Positions 30,257 to 38,901 of a stretch of DNA of 64,000 nucleotides are shown here, piece after piece. Position numbers and translations under genes: made by a program. Location of the stretch: positions 69,478 through 133,477 of IMG/VR virus record IMGVR_UViG_3300032665_000006; one strand, written 5' to 3'. The stretch is from a virus. The stretch's first letter is position 1; each line of letters starts with the position of its first letter. The notes beneath the pieces were generated by a model. It was not told the origin of the DNA, made no database searches, and saw only the letters and a program-made list of their open reading frames with translations.

Positions 30257-30859
30257 ATCAAGTTGAGCAAAGCCCCACGCTCTTTCAGTACAACCGTTAC
30301 AAACATTACATCTGCCTACTTGATATTTTTCATCGGCACAACTATGAGTAATATAAAATAATACTTGTTGATTAAGTTTACATATCATATCTATGATATG
30401 ACTTTTATTAATTTTCTGAAATGGGGTTTTAAATCTAGCGGTTTCTCTGCTAGGTATTGGCTCCCAATTAACCATATGTTGTGGCAACTGTTCTATCACG
30501 CCAGCATATACTATATTAAACCCTAATGTAAGAGCTTCGTCTACTGCCGATTTTACTTGTTGTTCTTCTGGGAGAGTATTGTCGCCAACTATCTGTGGAT
30601 CTTGGAATGGCAATTGAAATAGCGGATTGATGTGTCCAACAACTAAGCTACTACAATATCTAGATCCTTCTTTACGCATTATAGAGATAGGCAGTATTTC
30701 GTGTACATTACCTCTTAGTTTGTTTTCTAATAATAGCAAGTAATATAAGATTGCGCTGTCTGTGCCGCCGCTAACTAATACTCCTATTTTAGATTTCTTT
30801 TTAGGAAGAGTAATTGATATAGTGCGTTGGTCGTCTTTTGGTCCGCAAGTAATATTCAT
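30233..30859 (-). CDS. QueC-like PP-loop protein
   Basis: VSGGTDS; THSC...CNVCNGC.ER..GF zinc site. Confidence 0.65.
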   Translation of the reverse strand: MNITCGPKDDQRTISITLPKKKSKIGVLVSGGTDSAILYYLLLLENKLRGNVHEILPISIMRKEGSRYCSSLVVGHINPLFQLPFQDPQIVGDNTLPEEQQVKSAVDEALTLGFNIVYAGVIEQLPQHMVNWEPIPSRETARFKTPFQKINKSHIIDMICKLNQQVLFYITHSCADEKYQVGRCNVCNGCTERAWGFAQLDLTDPGTI

Positions 30860-30876
30860 TGTACTCTATTTAGTGG

Positions 30877-30964
30877 TGGTGCCCCGGATGAGATTCGAAC
30901 TCACAACTAGGTTTTTCCTTCTTCCTTTTGAGAGAAGTGCGTCTGCCAATTTCGCCACCGGGGC
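30877..30964 (-). tRNA. tRNA-Leu(CAA)
   Basis: Long variable arm, loop CT-CAA-AA, CCA. Confidence 0.9.
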
Positions 30965-31203
30965 AATACTACATTGCGGGACCGTTGCCGTTCCTAAATC
31001 CTATAGTTCCACCTTCGGCTCCTGTCTGACGCTGTCCTAACCTGTAGCCACCAAAGAACAGCATAATAGTGGCCACTACACCAAACAAAAATCCCACGAC
31101 TTTAACTTGTTGATCCATTATCGTTGCCTCATAATAAAATAGGTTATTACGGAGCCAATGATATAGCCCGCCACATAGGGCAAGTAGTATTGTAAATATT
31201 CCA

Positions 31204-31461
31204 TCATAGTTCAACTCCAAAATGGTCTTGAATTCTTCGTTTAACTTCATGTAAAGCACCATTGTAATCTGTGTATAGTTCATTGCTGGTCCAACTGCCA
31301 TCTACATTACGATTTACTAAATCATCAGTAACACTAACACATTCCCGCACAATTAACTCGGCGAATTTCATTCTACTAAATGAATAGTATTCTTCGCCAG
31401 TGATAGGGTCAATTAGTTTTTCTTGTGCTAATGCAGAGAGTTCGTTAAATTTCTCGTTCAT
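31204..31461 (-). CDS. MNE...FAELI...HFGVE family small protein
   Basis: Shared anchor motifs. Confidence 0.65.
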   Translation of the reverse strand: MNEKFNELSALAQEKLIDPITGEEYYSFSRMKFAELIVRECVSVTDDLVNRNVDGSWTSNELYTDYNGALHEVKRRIQDHFGVEL

Positions 31462-31629
31462 TAATAATTCTCTTTAACAATACAGAAAGCTGGCTTTTTA
31501 TATTCTTCGACGATGTTTTGTTCTTTAATAAACTTATTCATCTCGGGTGCAGTAAAGAACATTTTATGTATAACTGGCTTGTGAGTTGATGTATCTACTA
31601 CTGATAGAAACCATGATTTTACGGCCATT

Positions 31630-31860
31630 TTATTTTGCTTTCTGATATTGTCGTTTAATTTGTTCTACTGCGTGAGTAACTGATGCATTGTATCCGTTTT
31701 CCCAGTCTTGATAGCCGGCAGCTGGTTCAGCAATTTTCTGACTTTTAATAATCTTGCAAATGTCACGGGCAATCAATTCTGCTAACAAGTTAGCACGGCC
31801 AGCAAGTTCCGGAGCAGCAAATCCTGCTTCGAGCATTAGTTCTCTAATCTTCTCGTTCAT
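31630..31860 (-). CDS. MNE family small protein (divergent)
   Basis: MNEKIREL...LAELI. Confidence 0.55.
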   Translation of the reverse strand: MNEKIRELMLEAGFAAPELAGRANLLAELIARDICKIIKSQKIAEPAAGYQDWENGYNASVTHAVEQIKRQYQKAK

Positions 31861-31959
31861 ATTAAAAGTATCCTAAAAAATGTAATACACCTAAAACTAT
31901 CCATGATATACCATAAGGAATAGACCACCAACTCATTCTCTCTACATACTCTGTATCAG

Positions 31960-32259
31960 TCATTCTTCAACTCCAAAATGTTGTTTAATACTATTAGACA
32001 ATTCTTCTCGCCATTCTTGATCCCACGATTGGTAATCCTTTTGGTCAACCACTCCTATACATTCCCGAACAGTTTCAATTGTTCCATCGCTACGACCCTG
32101 GATGTAGCCTGCGCTAAAGTATTTGGCTTCAAACTCTTTCTCCAGCAACTCGGCGAACTTTTCTCTTAAGGGCTCGGGAAGCATAATGGTAGCAAACTGA
32201 TGTTCCTTTGAAAACTCTTTTAAAGCCGTGTCCCAAAGGTTTTTAATATTCTCGTTCAT
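31960..32259 (-). CDS. MNE family small protein
   Basis: EKFAELL...HFGVEE. Confidence 0.65.
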   Translation of the reverse strand: MNENIKNLWDTALKEFSKEHQFATIMLPEPLREKFAELLEKEFEAKYFSAGYIQGRSDGTIETVRECIGVVDQKDYQSWDQEWREELSNSIKQHFGVEE

Positions 32260-32495
32260 TCTTCAACTCCGAAAACTGAAATTTTCTTAACCATATCACC
32301 TAACCGCAGTTCCACAGATAAACGACGCTCGTTTCCGTTAAACATGCCGTCGCTAACTACAGCCGTATTAGCGATTTCATTAAACAATAACTCGGCGAAC
32401 TTTTCTTTATCAAAAATCCAACCTTCGCCGCTGTTTGATGTTGGCTCAATATAAGTTGTAGCCTGTTCAGCAAGTTCTCGAATTCGTTCGTTCAT
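32256..32495 (-). CDS. MNE family small protein
   Basis: EKFAELL...FGVEE. Confidence 0.65.
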   Translation of the reverse strand: MNERIRELAEQATTYIEPTSNSGEGWIFDKEKFAELLFNEIANTAVVSDGMFNGNERRLSVELRLGDMVKKISVFGVEE

Positions 32496-32731
32496 CTTTC
32501 AACTCCAAAATGTTGTAAAATCTGTTCGCTACAATGTTCTCTACTTCTAACATCATCGCCAGGTCCTGGACGGCTAACACACAGTAAAGCACATTCCTTA
32601 ACAATCAACTCGGCGAACTTCTCCAAGTATTCTTCAGGAGTATAGTTGTCTATCATTTCTCTGCCACTATCGTCCCAAAGTGTAAATCCTATGCCAGCAT
32701 CAAGGGCAAGTTGTTTAATCTTCTCGTTCAT
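32492..32731 (-). CDS. MNE family small protein
   Basis: EKFAELIVKEC...HFGVER. Confidence 0.65.
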   Translation of the reverse strand: MNEKIKQLALDAGIGFTLWDDSGREMIDNYTPEEYLEKFAELIVKECALLCVSRPGPGDDVRSREHCSEQILQHFGVER

Positions 32732-33003
32732 ATTAATTTTCCATTCAATTCAATGACACGATATAATCTATTACATTCAGTGGTCATTGCTTCCACCAAC
32801 ATGGTCAACCGGTCCACTTCAATTTGTAATTCATCTGCTCGAACCATTTCGTGTGAGTGTGCCGAGAACAGCAGGTCTCGTTCCTTTTGTAGCTGGCGTA
32901 GCTTTGCCTCAGCTTTTATTAAATATGCTTCAGCATTTCCATAGTAGGATTCTGCGCCGGCAAGCATGGTTTTTATTTCATCAGCTAGTTCATTTGCGTT
33001 CAT
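32728..33003 (-). CDS. coiled-coil hypothetical protein
   Basis: MNANELADE start. Confidence 0.55.
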   Translation of the reverse strand: MNANELADEIKTMLAGAESYYGNAEAYLIKAEAKLRQLQKERDLLFSAHSHEMVRADELQIEVDRLTMLVEAMTTECNRLYRVIELNGKLI

Positions 33004-33293
33004 TACCATTGTTCTGTTCCAAATTTTAGTCTAAACCATACAGCATCTGCAGGATCTCTAAAATAGACCACGGTGTAATCTTCGGACCGGTCAGCCACAG
33101 GACTGCGGCGGTGCCGGGTCCTGCCCCAGCTCTTGTCGTGATATGCTTCTATTGTAACCGGGGTGATCAATCTAGCAAACCAACGGCGGCCTTTTTGAAC
33201 TCCAGCCGGTCCAAAGTTCTCTTCACAAAATGCGTATGTATAATACCAGGCGGCTGAATTACCTGCTCGAATTCGTGTAGTTGCTGTGCCCAT
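33003..33293 (-). CDS. FxLxW-ending small protein
   Basis: VYFRDPADAVWFRLKFG. Confidence 0.6.
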   Translation of the reverse strand: MGTATTRIRAGNSAAWYYTYAFCEENFGPAGVQKGRRWFARLITPVTIEAYHDKSWGRTRHRRSPVADRSEDYTVVYFRDPADAVWFRLKFGTEQW

Positions 33294-33655
33294 TATTCTA
33301 CCCACCATTCAATTTTAGGATTTGTTTTTTCATACTGTTCAACCAATTGGTCCATAGTCCACAAGTCATCAGTTTCAATAGTTTCTAACCATTTACCAAA
33401 TTGAGCCCACGATGAATCTTTCATAGGATCAACACCAATTTCCGCACCCCACGGACCTAACCCTGTGCCACAACAATCAATACGACCACATGAATAACTT
33501 TGTAGTATCTCATCATACTCAAATGATTCACCAGCTTTTCTGCCAGTGAGTTTGGAATCTTCTGTTAGTGTTCGGGTGACCCGTTTGGTCAATCCGCGAT
33601 CTATATACCATTGCAAGTTAATAACACCCATCCAATTTGTAGAATACCTAATCAT
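33293..33655 (-). CDS. hypothetical protein
   Basis: ORF in operon. Confidence 0.6.
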   Translation of the reverse strand: MIRYSTNWMGVINLQWYIDRGLTKRVTRTLTEDSKLTGRKAGESFEYDEILQSYSCGRIDCCGTGLGPWGAEIGVDPMKDSSWAQFGKWLETIETDDLWTMDQLVEQYEKTNPKIEWWVE

Positions 33656-33657
33656 CG

Positions 33658-33927
33658 TTAACTCCAGGCCAAACGGAAAAAGGTTGCCAACTGCTCGGAA
33701 GCAAATCTATAGCCCAATTCGGTCTGCTGATAATCGGTTCCACACTGATAGCCATGATCAACTAACCACTGACTCATGCCTTCGCATCGTTGAGCGATTT
33801 CTTTACGGATCTCAAGTCTGTCCTGATTCTTACCTGTGCCTAGACTAGTATAGCGACGCACCAAATCCGCATAAAACGGTTCGGTATCTACAGCAATACA
33901 AAGATGTGGGTATAGTAGTTGACTCAT
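33658..33927 (-). CDS. FxLxW-ending small protein
   Basis: YRFASEQLATFFRLAWS. Confidence 0.6.
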   Translation of the reverse strand: MSQLLYPHLCIAVDTEPFYADLVRRYTSLGTGKNQDRLEIRKEIAQRCEGMSQWLVDHGYQCGTDYQQTELGYRFASEQLATFFRLAWS

Positions 33928-33933
33928 GCTACT

Positions 33934-33962
33934 ATTATACTATCTTCAGTATTAAGAGTCAA
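33934..33962 (-). promoter_or_regulatory. sigma70-like promoter
   Basis: TTGACT-N17-TATAAT, ATG 6 nt downstream. Confidence 0.7.
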
Positions 33963-34098
33963 GTCGTAAAAACCCACTAAAGTGTGCTTCTGTGAGAGGC
34001 AGGGTGGGTATGTGGCTTTTTGGCTACAGTTTTATTGTTTGGTGGCCAATCTTTCCACGGCTTGTTGAGCCATGGCCCGGAATGGACCCGAGGAAGGA

Positions 34099-34704
34099 CT
34101 ACATTACGGGTCCATTCCCATTCTTAAATCCGACTTCCCCTCCCTGCTCTTTAATCCTCTTTAATACATCTTCAAATAAGATTGGAGCAAAGTCGGGTAG
34201 TTGTTCAACGGACACATTGAAATATCGTGGATCAATCTCGTCGCTATATAGAATTTTGCCGGTCTTGGCATCAACTCCGCGTGGCTTCATTACACGATTG
34301 GCGTGGAGGTGGCCGTGGATTGAGCAACCAAATCTACCTAGCGATTCTTCATGAATAGGAATATGGCTAAGAATCATTCCATTCATCACATGATATGCAC
34401 GAAGTTCACGGAAGTATTTCCGGTAGTCCTCATCTTTAAAAATGTCGTGATTACCACGAATAAGAACCTTGTCTCCGTTAAGTCTATCCATAATAGGCAA
34501 TGCTTTTCGATTCATAACAACATCACCTAAGTGGTAAACTTTGTCGTTAGGTCGTACTCTTTCGTTCCATGCTGTAATCATGGCCTCATCCATCTCCTCA
34601 GCAGAGTCCCACGGGCGAAGTTTTGTAACCCCATCACTACGAGTGAAGCGACATACACCGGCATGACCAAAGTGTGTATCGCTAACTAAAAATACTGCTG
34701 GCAT
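34099..34704 (-). CDS. calcineurin-like metallophosphoesterase
   Basis: SDTHFGH, HLGD, GNHD, HGHLH. Confidence 0.9.
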   Translation of the reverse strand: MPAVFLVSDTHFGHAGVCRFTRSDGVTKLRPWDSAEEMDEAMITAWNERVRPNDKVYHLGDVVMNRKALPIMDRLNGDKVLIRGNHDIFKDEDYRKYFRELRAYHVMNGMILSHIPIHEESLGRFGCSIHGHLHANRVMKPRGVDAKTGKILYSDEIDPRYFNVSVEQLPDFAPILFEDVLKRIKEQGGEVGFKNGNGPVM

Positions 34705-34734
34705 ATTATGCTCCTTTCTCTAAGTTAATAAAAC

Positions 34735-34763
34735 ATTATACTATAAAAGTATTTTTTTGTCAA
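34735..34763 (-). promoter_or_regulatory. sigma70 consensus promoter
   Basis: TTGACA-N17-TATAAT. Confidence 0.8.
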
Positions 34764-34766
34764 TTC

Positions 34767-34842
34767 TGGTGGAAATGGAGGGATTCGAACCCCCGACCTT
34801 GTCCGTATGAAGGACCTGCTCTACCAACTAAGCTACATTTCC
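34767..34842 (-). tRNA. tRNA-Met(CAU), elongator type
   Basis: Loop TT-CAT-AC, CCA. Confidence 0.85.
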
Positions 34843-34866
34843 GTAAATGAAAAAAGGCGTAGAGTA

Positions 34867-35268
34867 TTATCCCCAAACCTCTTTATATTTTTCTAAAGCC
34901 TTTTTTCTTGCTAACACAAGTCTAATTTTCATTTCATCCGAAATGTCTTGTACATCAGCTGTTTGGTCGACTAGCTCTGGACGACGATATCCAATTTGAA
35001 ACTCTGGAGTTTCATCGTAATAGTCATCATCGTTATCATTTAAAAATACACGAGCTAACGGTCGCTTAGGTAGATGTAGTTTTGCCTTCGTTCTTGTGAT
35101 GATAGCACGGACCCGACCGTTTGCTGTCGCAGTTGGGGCAACCCATTCTAAGCGATTGGAATCCAAAGACTGTGCCAACTCGGCTGAGCTTTTCTGGCTT
35201 ATTATTACTAAAGTCGCGAGTGTTAATACTTGTAACAGGGTGGGTATACATGAGTTTCTCCTAAGCAT
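34867..35268 (-). CDS. hypothetical protein
   Basis: ORF with hydrophobic N-terminal segment. Confidence 0.5.
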   Translation of the reverse strand: MLRRNSCIPTLLQVLTLATLVIISQKSSAELAQSLDSNRLEWVAPTATANGRVRAIITRTKAKLHLPKRPLARVFLNDNDDDYYDETPEFQIGYRRPELVDQTADVQDISDEMKIRLVLARKKALEKYKEVWG

Positions 35269-35329
35269 ACTATATTAACGCTTAAGAGTTACACTAAGTT
35301 GACAATAATATTGCCAAAATTATATCTTT

Positions 35330-35404
35330 TGGTCCGGCGTACAGGAATCGAACCCATATTCATCGGGTAGAAGCCGATTGTACTATCCATTGTACTAACG
35401 CCAG
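35330..35404 (-). tRNA. tRNA-Arg(UCU)
   Basis: Loop CT-TCT-AC, CCA. Confidence 0.9.
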
Positions 35405-35406
35405 CT

Positions 35407-35525
35407 TATATTGAAACACACTAGAAGAACCGTGACGAGCGGATTCATTTACCTTCCTCCAACAAGCGGAAGCCCATACCGGTCAGATATGGTGCCACTA
35501 CTAAGGATTAATGTGCTTCAATATA
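35407..35525 (-). ncRNA. unidentified structured RNA closed by a 17-bp helix
   Basis: TATATTGAAGCACATTA/TAGTGTGTTTCAATATA enclosing internal hairpins, between two tRNAs. Confidence 0.55.
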
Positions 35526-35528
35526 AAC

Positions 35529-35604
35529 TGGTCCAGGCGCAGAGATTTGAACTCTGAAAGTTCGGGTAAAAGCCGAATATGATAGCCAGTTTCATCACAC
35601 CTGG
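35529..35604 (-). tRNA. tRNA-Lys(UUU)
   Basis: Loop CT-TTT-AC, CCA. Confidence 0.85.
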
Positions 35605-35713
35605 ATTGTTTTTCTTGCTTGCGTAGAGCTTTATTGCTCTTGCGGTGCGAGCCCGCTTTCCGTTTATTTGCTAGTACAGCAAATATATTTCTTGCTTTCA
35701 TTTTACTTCTCCT

Positions 35714-36133
35714 TTAAAAATCTGTTAGTGGAACTAGTTCCTCTAAATTTACAACATCGGTCCAATCTTCAATATGGCCCGAGTAGTAACCGTTGTGTTC
35801 GTTGCGTACTTCAAAATCAATATATCCACGGTTAGTGCGAATAGTAAAGAAGCCATCTTCGACTACTTCTGCGTATTCGTCATCTGTCTCAACATTGACC
35901 CACTCTTTTTCTTCTACAGCAGTAACTAACGCACCACGTAGCAAATCAAAAGTGTTACCTTCTCCAATTACATCTCTACCTTGAAAGTGATTAATGTAAA
36001 CAGTATTACAACAATCGCCACATACATAAAATCCTAATACTTCTCCTTCGATGGTACGAAATGCAACTCTATCATGGTCTTCGTTTAGGAAAATACCATT
36101 AATGCGTTTTCCAACTAGCTTGTTTAAAACCAT
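35714..36133 (-). CDS. hypothetical phage protein
   Basis: GDCC...NGYYSG motifs; AGGAG SD. Confidence 0.65.
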   Translation of the reverse strand: MVLNKLVGKRINGIFLNEDHDRVAFRTIEGEVLGFYVCGDCCNTVYINHFQGRDVIGEGNTFDLLRGALVTAVEEKEWVNVETDDEYAEVVEDGFFTIRTNRGYIDFEVRNEHNGYYSGHIEDWTDVVNLEELVPLTDF

Positions 36134-36165
36134 GCCATTCTCCTTTTAAAATTTAAAACATATTA

Positions 36166-36241
36166 GGGGTGACCTGTGGAATTCGAATCCACCCTATCGG
36201 AATCACAATCCGAGGTGCTAACCGCTAACACTAAGGCCACA
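36166..36241 (-). tRNA. tRNA-His(GUG), CCA not encoded
   Basis: Loop TT-GTG-AT, C73; flanked by an extra inverted repeat. Confidence 0.85.
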
Positions 36242-36254
36242 CCTAATATGTCTA

Positions 36255-36330
36255 TGGTGCACCCTCTTGGTTACGCTCCAAGCCATCCAGCTCTTAGAGC
36301 TGGCGCTTCCACTAGGTTAGCTTAGGGTGC
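36255..36330 (-). tRNA. atypical tRNA, apparent anticodon UAA, no long variable arm
   Basis: 7-bp acceptor + ACCA; loop TC-TAA-GA; T-loop lacks TTC. Confidence 0.55.
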
Positions 36331-36546
36331 TCTACCTCTTGATATCCAACCATCATAGTTGTCGACATCTTTTACTTCGTCTACTCCTAGTTTACTCGTG
36401 CAGTTAGGATTTTCACTACACATCGTAACAAAGGTATGTCCAAGGCTACGATGGAATTGAGACGCAGATAATGCCATACTTAAATCATCAAACACTTCTG
36501 CGTGTGGTTTATTATCCACAGTATAATAAACTTTAAACATATTCAC
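36322..36546 (-). CDS. hypothetical protein
   Basis: FVTMCSENPN motif; stop lies inside the downstream tRNA. Confidence 0.55.
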   Translation of the reverse strand: MNMFKVYYTVDNKPHAEVFDDLSMALSASQFHRSLGHTFVTMCSENPNCTSKLGVDEVKDVDNYDGWISRGRAP

Positions 36547-36556
36547 TTTCTAAAAT

Positions 36557-36630
36557 TGGTACCTCGTGATGGTGTCGAACCACCGAGACCCACTTGTAAG
36601 GAGGGCAGTATACCGTTTACTTAACGAGGC
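36557..36630 (-). tRNA. tRNA-Val(UAC)
   Basis: Loop CT-TAC-AA, CCA. Confidence 0.85.
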
Positions 36631-36633
36631 ATT

Positions 36634-36707
36634 TGGTAGAGGTACTAAGATTTGAACTTAGACTAATGCCTTCAAAGGGCACGGTGCTGCCGTTACACTA
36701 TACCTCA
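36634..36707 (-). tRNA. tRNA-Gln(UUG)
   Basis: Loop CT-TTG-AA, CCA. Confidence 0.85.
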
Positions 36708-36713
36708 ACAGTT

Positions 36714-36787
36714 TGGTTGCGGGTTCTGGAATCGCACCAGAGACTAGGGCTTATGAGACCCTCGAGATACTCCTTCTCCAACCCGCG
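36714..36787 (-). tRNA. initiator-like tRNA-fMet(CAU)
   Basis: C1:A72 mismatch, CGCGGG acceptor, loop CT-CAT-AA; T-loop TGCGATT. Confidence 0.75.
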
Positions 36788-36793
36788 ATAGAT

Positions 36794-36868
36794 TGGTGGA
36801 CCGTGGGAGAGTCGAACTCCCTACTCCTGCGTGCAAGGCAGGTGTGTTCCCAATTATACCAACAGCCC
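36794..36868 (-). tRNA. tRNA-Ala(UGC)
   Basis: G3:U70, loop CT-TGC-AC. Confidence 0.9.
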
Positions 36869-37300
36869 TAAATTCTTTTGCCATTCATTAATAAATGGCA
36901 ATACTTCGTGTTTCCATTTGCTATGAACCATCTCGTGATGATTTGGGCATAGCGGTATTAAATTACTGGGCTTGTTATTTTTTCTATTCTCATCAATATG
37001 ATGGATAGCAACAATCTTGTCAAACCCGCAAATAATACACTTGTGTTCGTGATGCTGTTTTGCTATAGTCGCATAATGTGTGGCATTGTCTTTCCACCAA
37101 GAGCTTCTGTTATTAGCACAACTTCTACTACAAAATCTAGCTGTTTCAAATTGTTTGGTATTTTGTCTACCAGTCCAAACAAATTCTTTATTACAGCATC
37201 CGCAAATTTTAGTATGATCTTTTACTGGACCATACTTTCTATTTACTTTTGCTATTTGACCAGCTTTATAAGATTCTGTATAATATTTTCCGTTATTCAT
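36854..37300 (-). CDS. HNH endonuclease
   Basis: CIICG...IHHIDEN..NN...LCPNHH. Confidence 0.9.
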   Translation of the reverse strand: MNNGKYYTESYKAGQIAKVNRKYGPVKDHTKICGCCNKEFVWTGRQNTKQFETARFCSRSCANNRSSWWKDNATHYATIAKQHHEHKCIICGFDKIVAIHHIDENRKNNKPSNLIPLCPNHHEMVHSKWKHEVLPFINEWQKNLGLLV

Positions 37301-37315
37301 AATTTTTAATTACTT

Positions 37316-37389
37316 TGGAGCGGGTAGAGAGAATCGAACTCTCAACTAAACCTTGGCAAGGTCTCGGGTTACCATTACACCATACCCGC
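37316..37389 (-). tRNA. tRNA-Gly(GCC)
   Basis: Loop TT-GCC-AA, U73, CCA. Confidence 0.9.
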
Positions 37390-37393
37390 AAAT

Positions 37394-37909
37394 TTATAAA
37401 ATACTTTCTAATAACTTCCTAACATCTAATGTAATAGGTTGTAAGTTATTTACTACTGTAGAATCTTTACATATCCAATTAGCAACAGGCAGTCCTGGTT
37501 TTAAATTAAACTGCCCGCTTTTTGTTTCAAGATTCCTATTACATTCGTCCCACGATAATTGCGATATAGCAAACTTATGCGGGGCTGACTGAATACATAA
37601 CAAATAATCAAATGATTGATTAAATTTAGACTTATTAGTATTTTGAAGTGAAACTCGTCCTGTAATTGTATTCTTCGGTGAAAACATATCAGCTACTGAT
37701 TTAAATTCATATTTTGTATTAGTTTCTAAATCAATGCTATCATATCCTTCCTGGTCAACATACTTTAATCTTCCGTCTGTTGCTTTCTCTAATGCTAATG
37801 CTAGAACTTCGCCTTTGAGAAATCTATAAGATGGCTTATTAAGTTGCTTGCCAAGTTTAACTAAACAATCAACTACGGGTTGATAATCTACATCCTTCAA
37901 AAAACTCAT
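37394..37909 (-). CDS. putative PD-(D/E)xK nuclease-like protein
   Basis: E...GYD...YEFKS spacing. Confidence 0.5.
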   Translation of the reverse strand: MSFLKDVDYQPVVDCLVKLGKQLNKPSYRFLKGEVLALALEKATDGRLKYVDQEGYDSIDLETNTKYEFKSVADMFSPKNTITGRVSLQNTNKSKFNQSFDYLLCIQSAPHKFAISQLSWDECNRNLETKSGQFNLKPGLPVANWICKDSTVVNNLQPITLDVRKLLESIL

Positions 37910-37923
37910 AAGTTCCTTTAATT

Positions 37924-37997
37924 TGGAGCGGGATAAGAGAATCGAACTCTTGACCGAAGATTGGAAATCTGCTGTTTTACCATTAAACTAATCCCGC
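37924..37997 (-). tRNA. tRNA-Gly(UCC)
   Basis: Loop TT-TCC-AA, CCA. Confidence 0.9.
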
Positions 37998-37999
37998 AT

Positions 38000-38190
38000 T
38001 GGTGTCGTAACGGCAGGGCCCTTCAGGATGAGTTACGACGTTACTACATTGAGGCATTGCACCGTAGCTTACGCTACCCCCATCAACTGCCTCAAATTTT
38101 GTGTAGGGCTTCCACCTACTCCCACCTCGCTTTAAAGTCTGCGTGTCCAAGACTTAGTTCTATTGCTAGAACTGAAAATGTTACTTTCTA
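38000..38190 (-). ncRNA. structured non-coding segment ending in a CCA minihelix
   Basis: GTCGTAAC/GTTACGAC-A-CCA plus upstream hairpins. Confidence 0.45.
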
Positions 38191-38196
38191 ATACTT

Positions 38197-38228
38197 TGGT
38201 ACCTCGGGCCGGAATCGAACCGTTCGCG
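38197..38228 (-). pseudogene. tRNA remnant (T-arm, 3' acceptor strand and CCA only)
   Basis: cGGTTCGATTCCggcccgaggtACCA with no 5' half. Confidence 0.6.
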
Positions 38229-38234
38229 TTATAT

Positions 38235-38320
38235 TGGTGCCCGGAGCCGGACTCGAACCGGCATGCCTTTTAAAGCGGAAGATTTTAAGTCTTCTATGTA
38301 TACCATTTCATCACCCGGGC
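38235..38320 (-). tRNA. tRNA-Leu(UAA)
   Basis: Long variable arm, loop CT-TAA-AA. Confidence 0.9.
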
Positions 38321-38775
38321 GTTTGATCTATCTTGCGCCAACCTTTAGGTTTACCACCTTTTCTGTTAGCGGCAATTTTTGCCTTATGTTCTTCCGACTT
38401 TGGTTTTCCTTTATTTCCAGATCCATTAGTATTACCTAACATTACTTTGCTATTCATAGCAGATGCTTTTTCTAAACCATATTTTTCAACACGGCGTTCA
38501 AAAGGATTTTTATGTGTCCCAAACTCTTTACCATCAATGATGATATTATCGTAATCAGTGCCCCAATACAAATGTTTTGGATTACTACATTTACTATTAT
38601 TACAAGCATGACACAACAGTATGCGCCCGCTTGGAATAGTTGTATCTAAATATTGTGCTAATACACCTTTATGATTAGTAGAGTTACCGCCGCGTTCACA
38701 ACAAGGCTCGGATAAGTCTAAGTGAGCCCTGCGTTCTTCGCGAGATTTTTTAATAAATTCTTCTACTATAATCAT
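38311..38775 (-). CDS. HNH-like endonuclease with NUMOD3-like tail
   Basis: CHACNNSKCSNPKHLYWGT..DN; KPKSEEHKAKI. Confidence 0.8.
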   Translation of the reverse strand: MIIVEEFIKKSREERRAHLDLSEPCCERGGNSTNHKGVLAQYLDTTIPSGRILLCHACNNSKCSNPKHLYWGTDYDNIIIDGKEFGTHKNPFERRVEKYGLEKASAMNSKVMLGNTNGSGNKGKPKSEEHKAKIAANRKGGKPKGWRKIDQTPG

Positions 38776-38781
38776 AACAGT

Positions 38782-38810
38782 ATTATATAGTAATAATTTA
38801 TTACTGTCAA
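38782..38810 (-). promoter_or_regulatory. sigma70 consensus promoter
   Basis: TTGACA-N17-TATAAT, ATG 6 nt downstream. Confidence 0.75.
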
Positions 38811-38816
38811 ATATTT

Positions 38817-38901
38817 TGGTGGGCAAGGAGAGACTCGAACTCTCACGCCTTGCGGCACTGGCTTCTAAGACCAGCATGGCTACCAATTACATCACTCACC
38901 C
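38817..38901 (-). tRNA. tRNA-Leu(UAG)
   Basis: Loop CT-TAG-AA, long variable arm. Confidence 0.9.

Noticed and set aside
31204-32731. CRISPR array or DGR
   Set aside because: The repeats are short, in frame and irregularly spaced; no cas or reverse transcriptase gene and no A-specific TR/VR pair was seen.
36255-36330. Amber suppressor (CUA) reading of the atypical tRNA, implying stop-codon recoding
   Set aside because: The 7-nt loop centres on UAA, and long genes read intact in the standard code with TAG used as a stop.
35407-38190. Theta (HDV-like) ribozymes 3' of tRNAs
   Set aside because: I could not build the nested double pseudoknot by eye; a motif search is needed.
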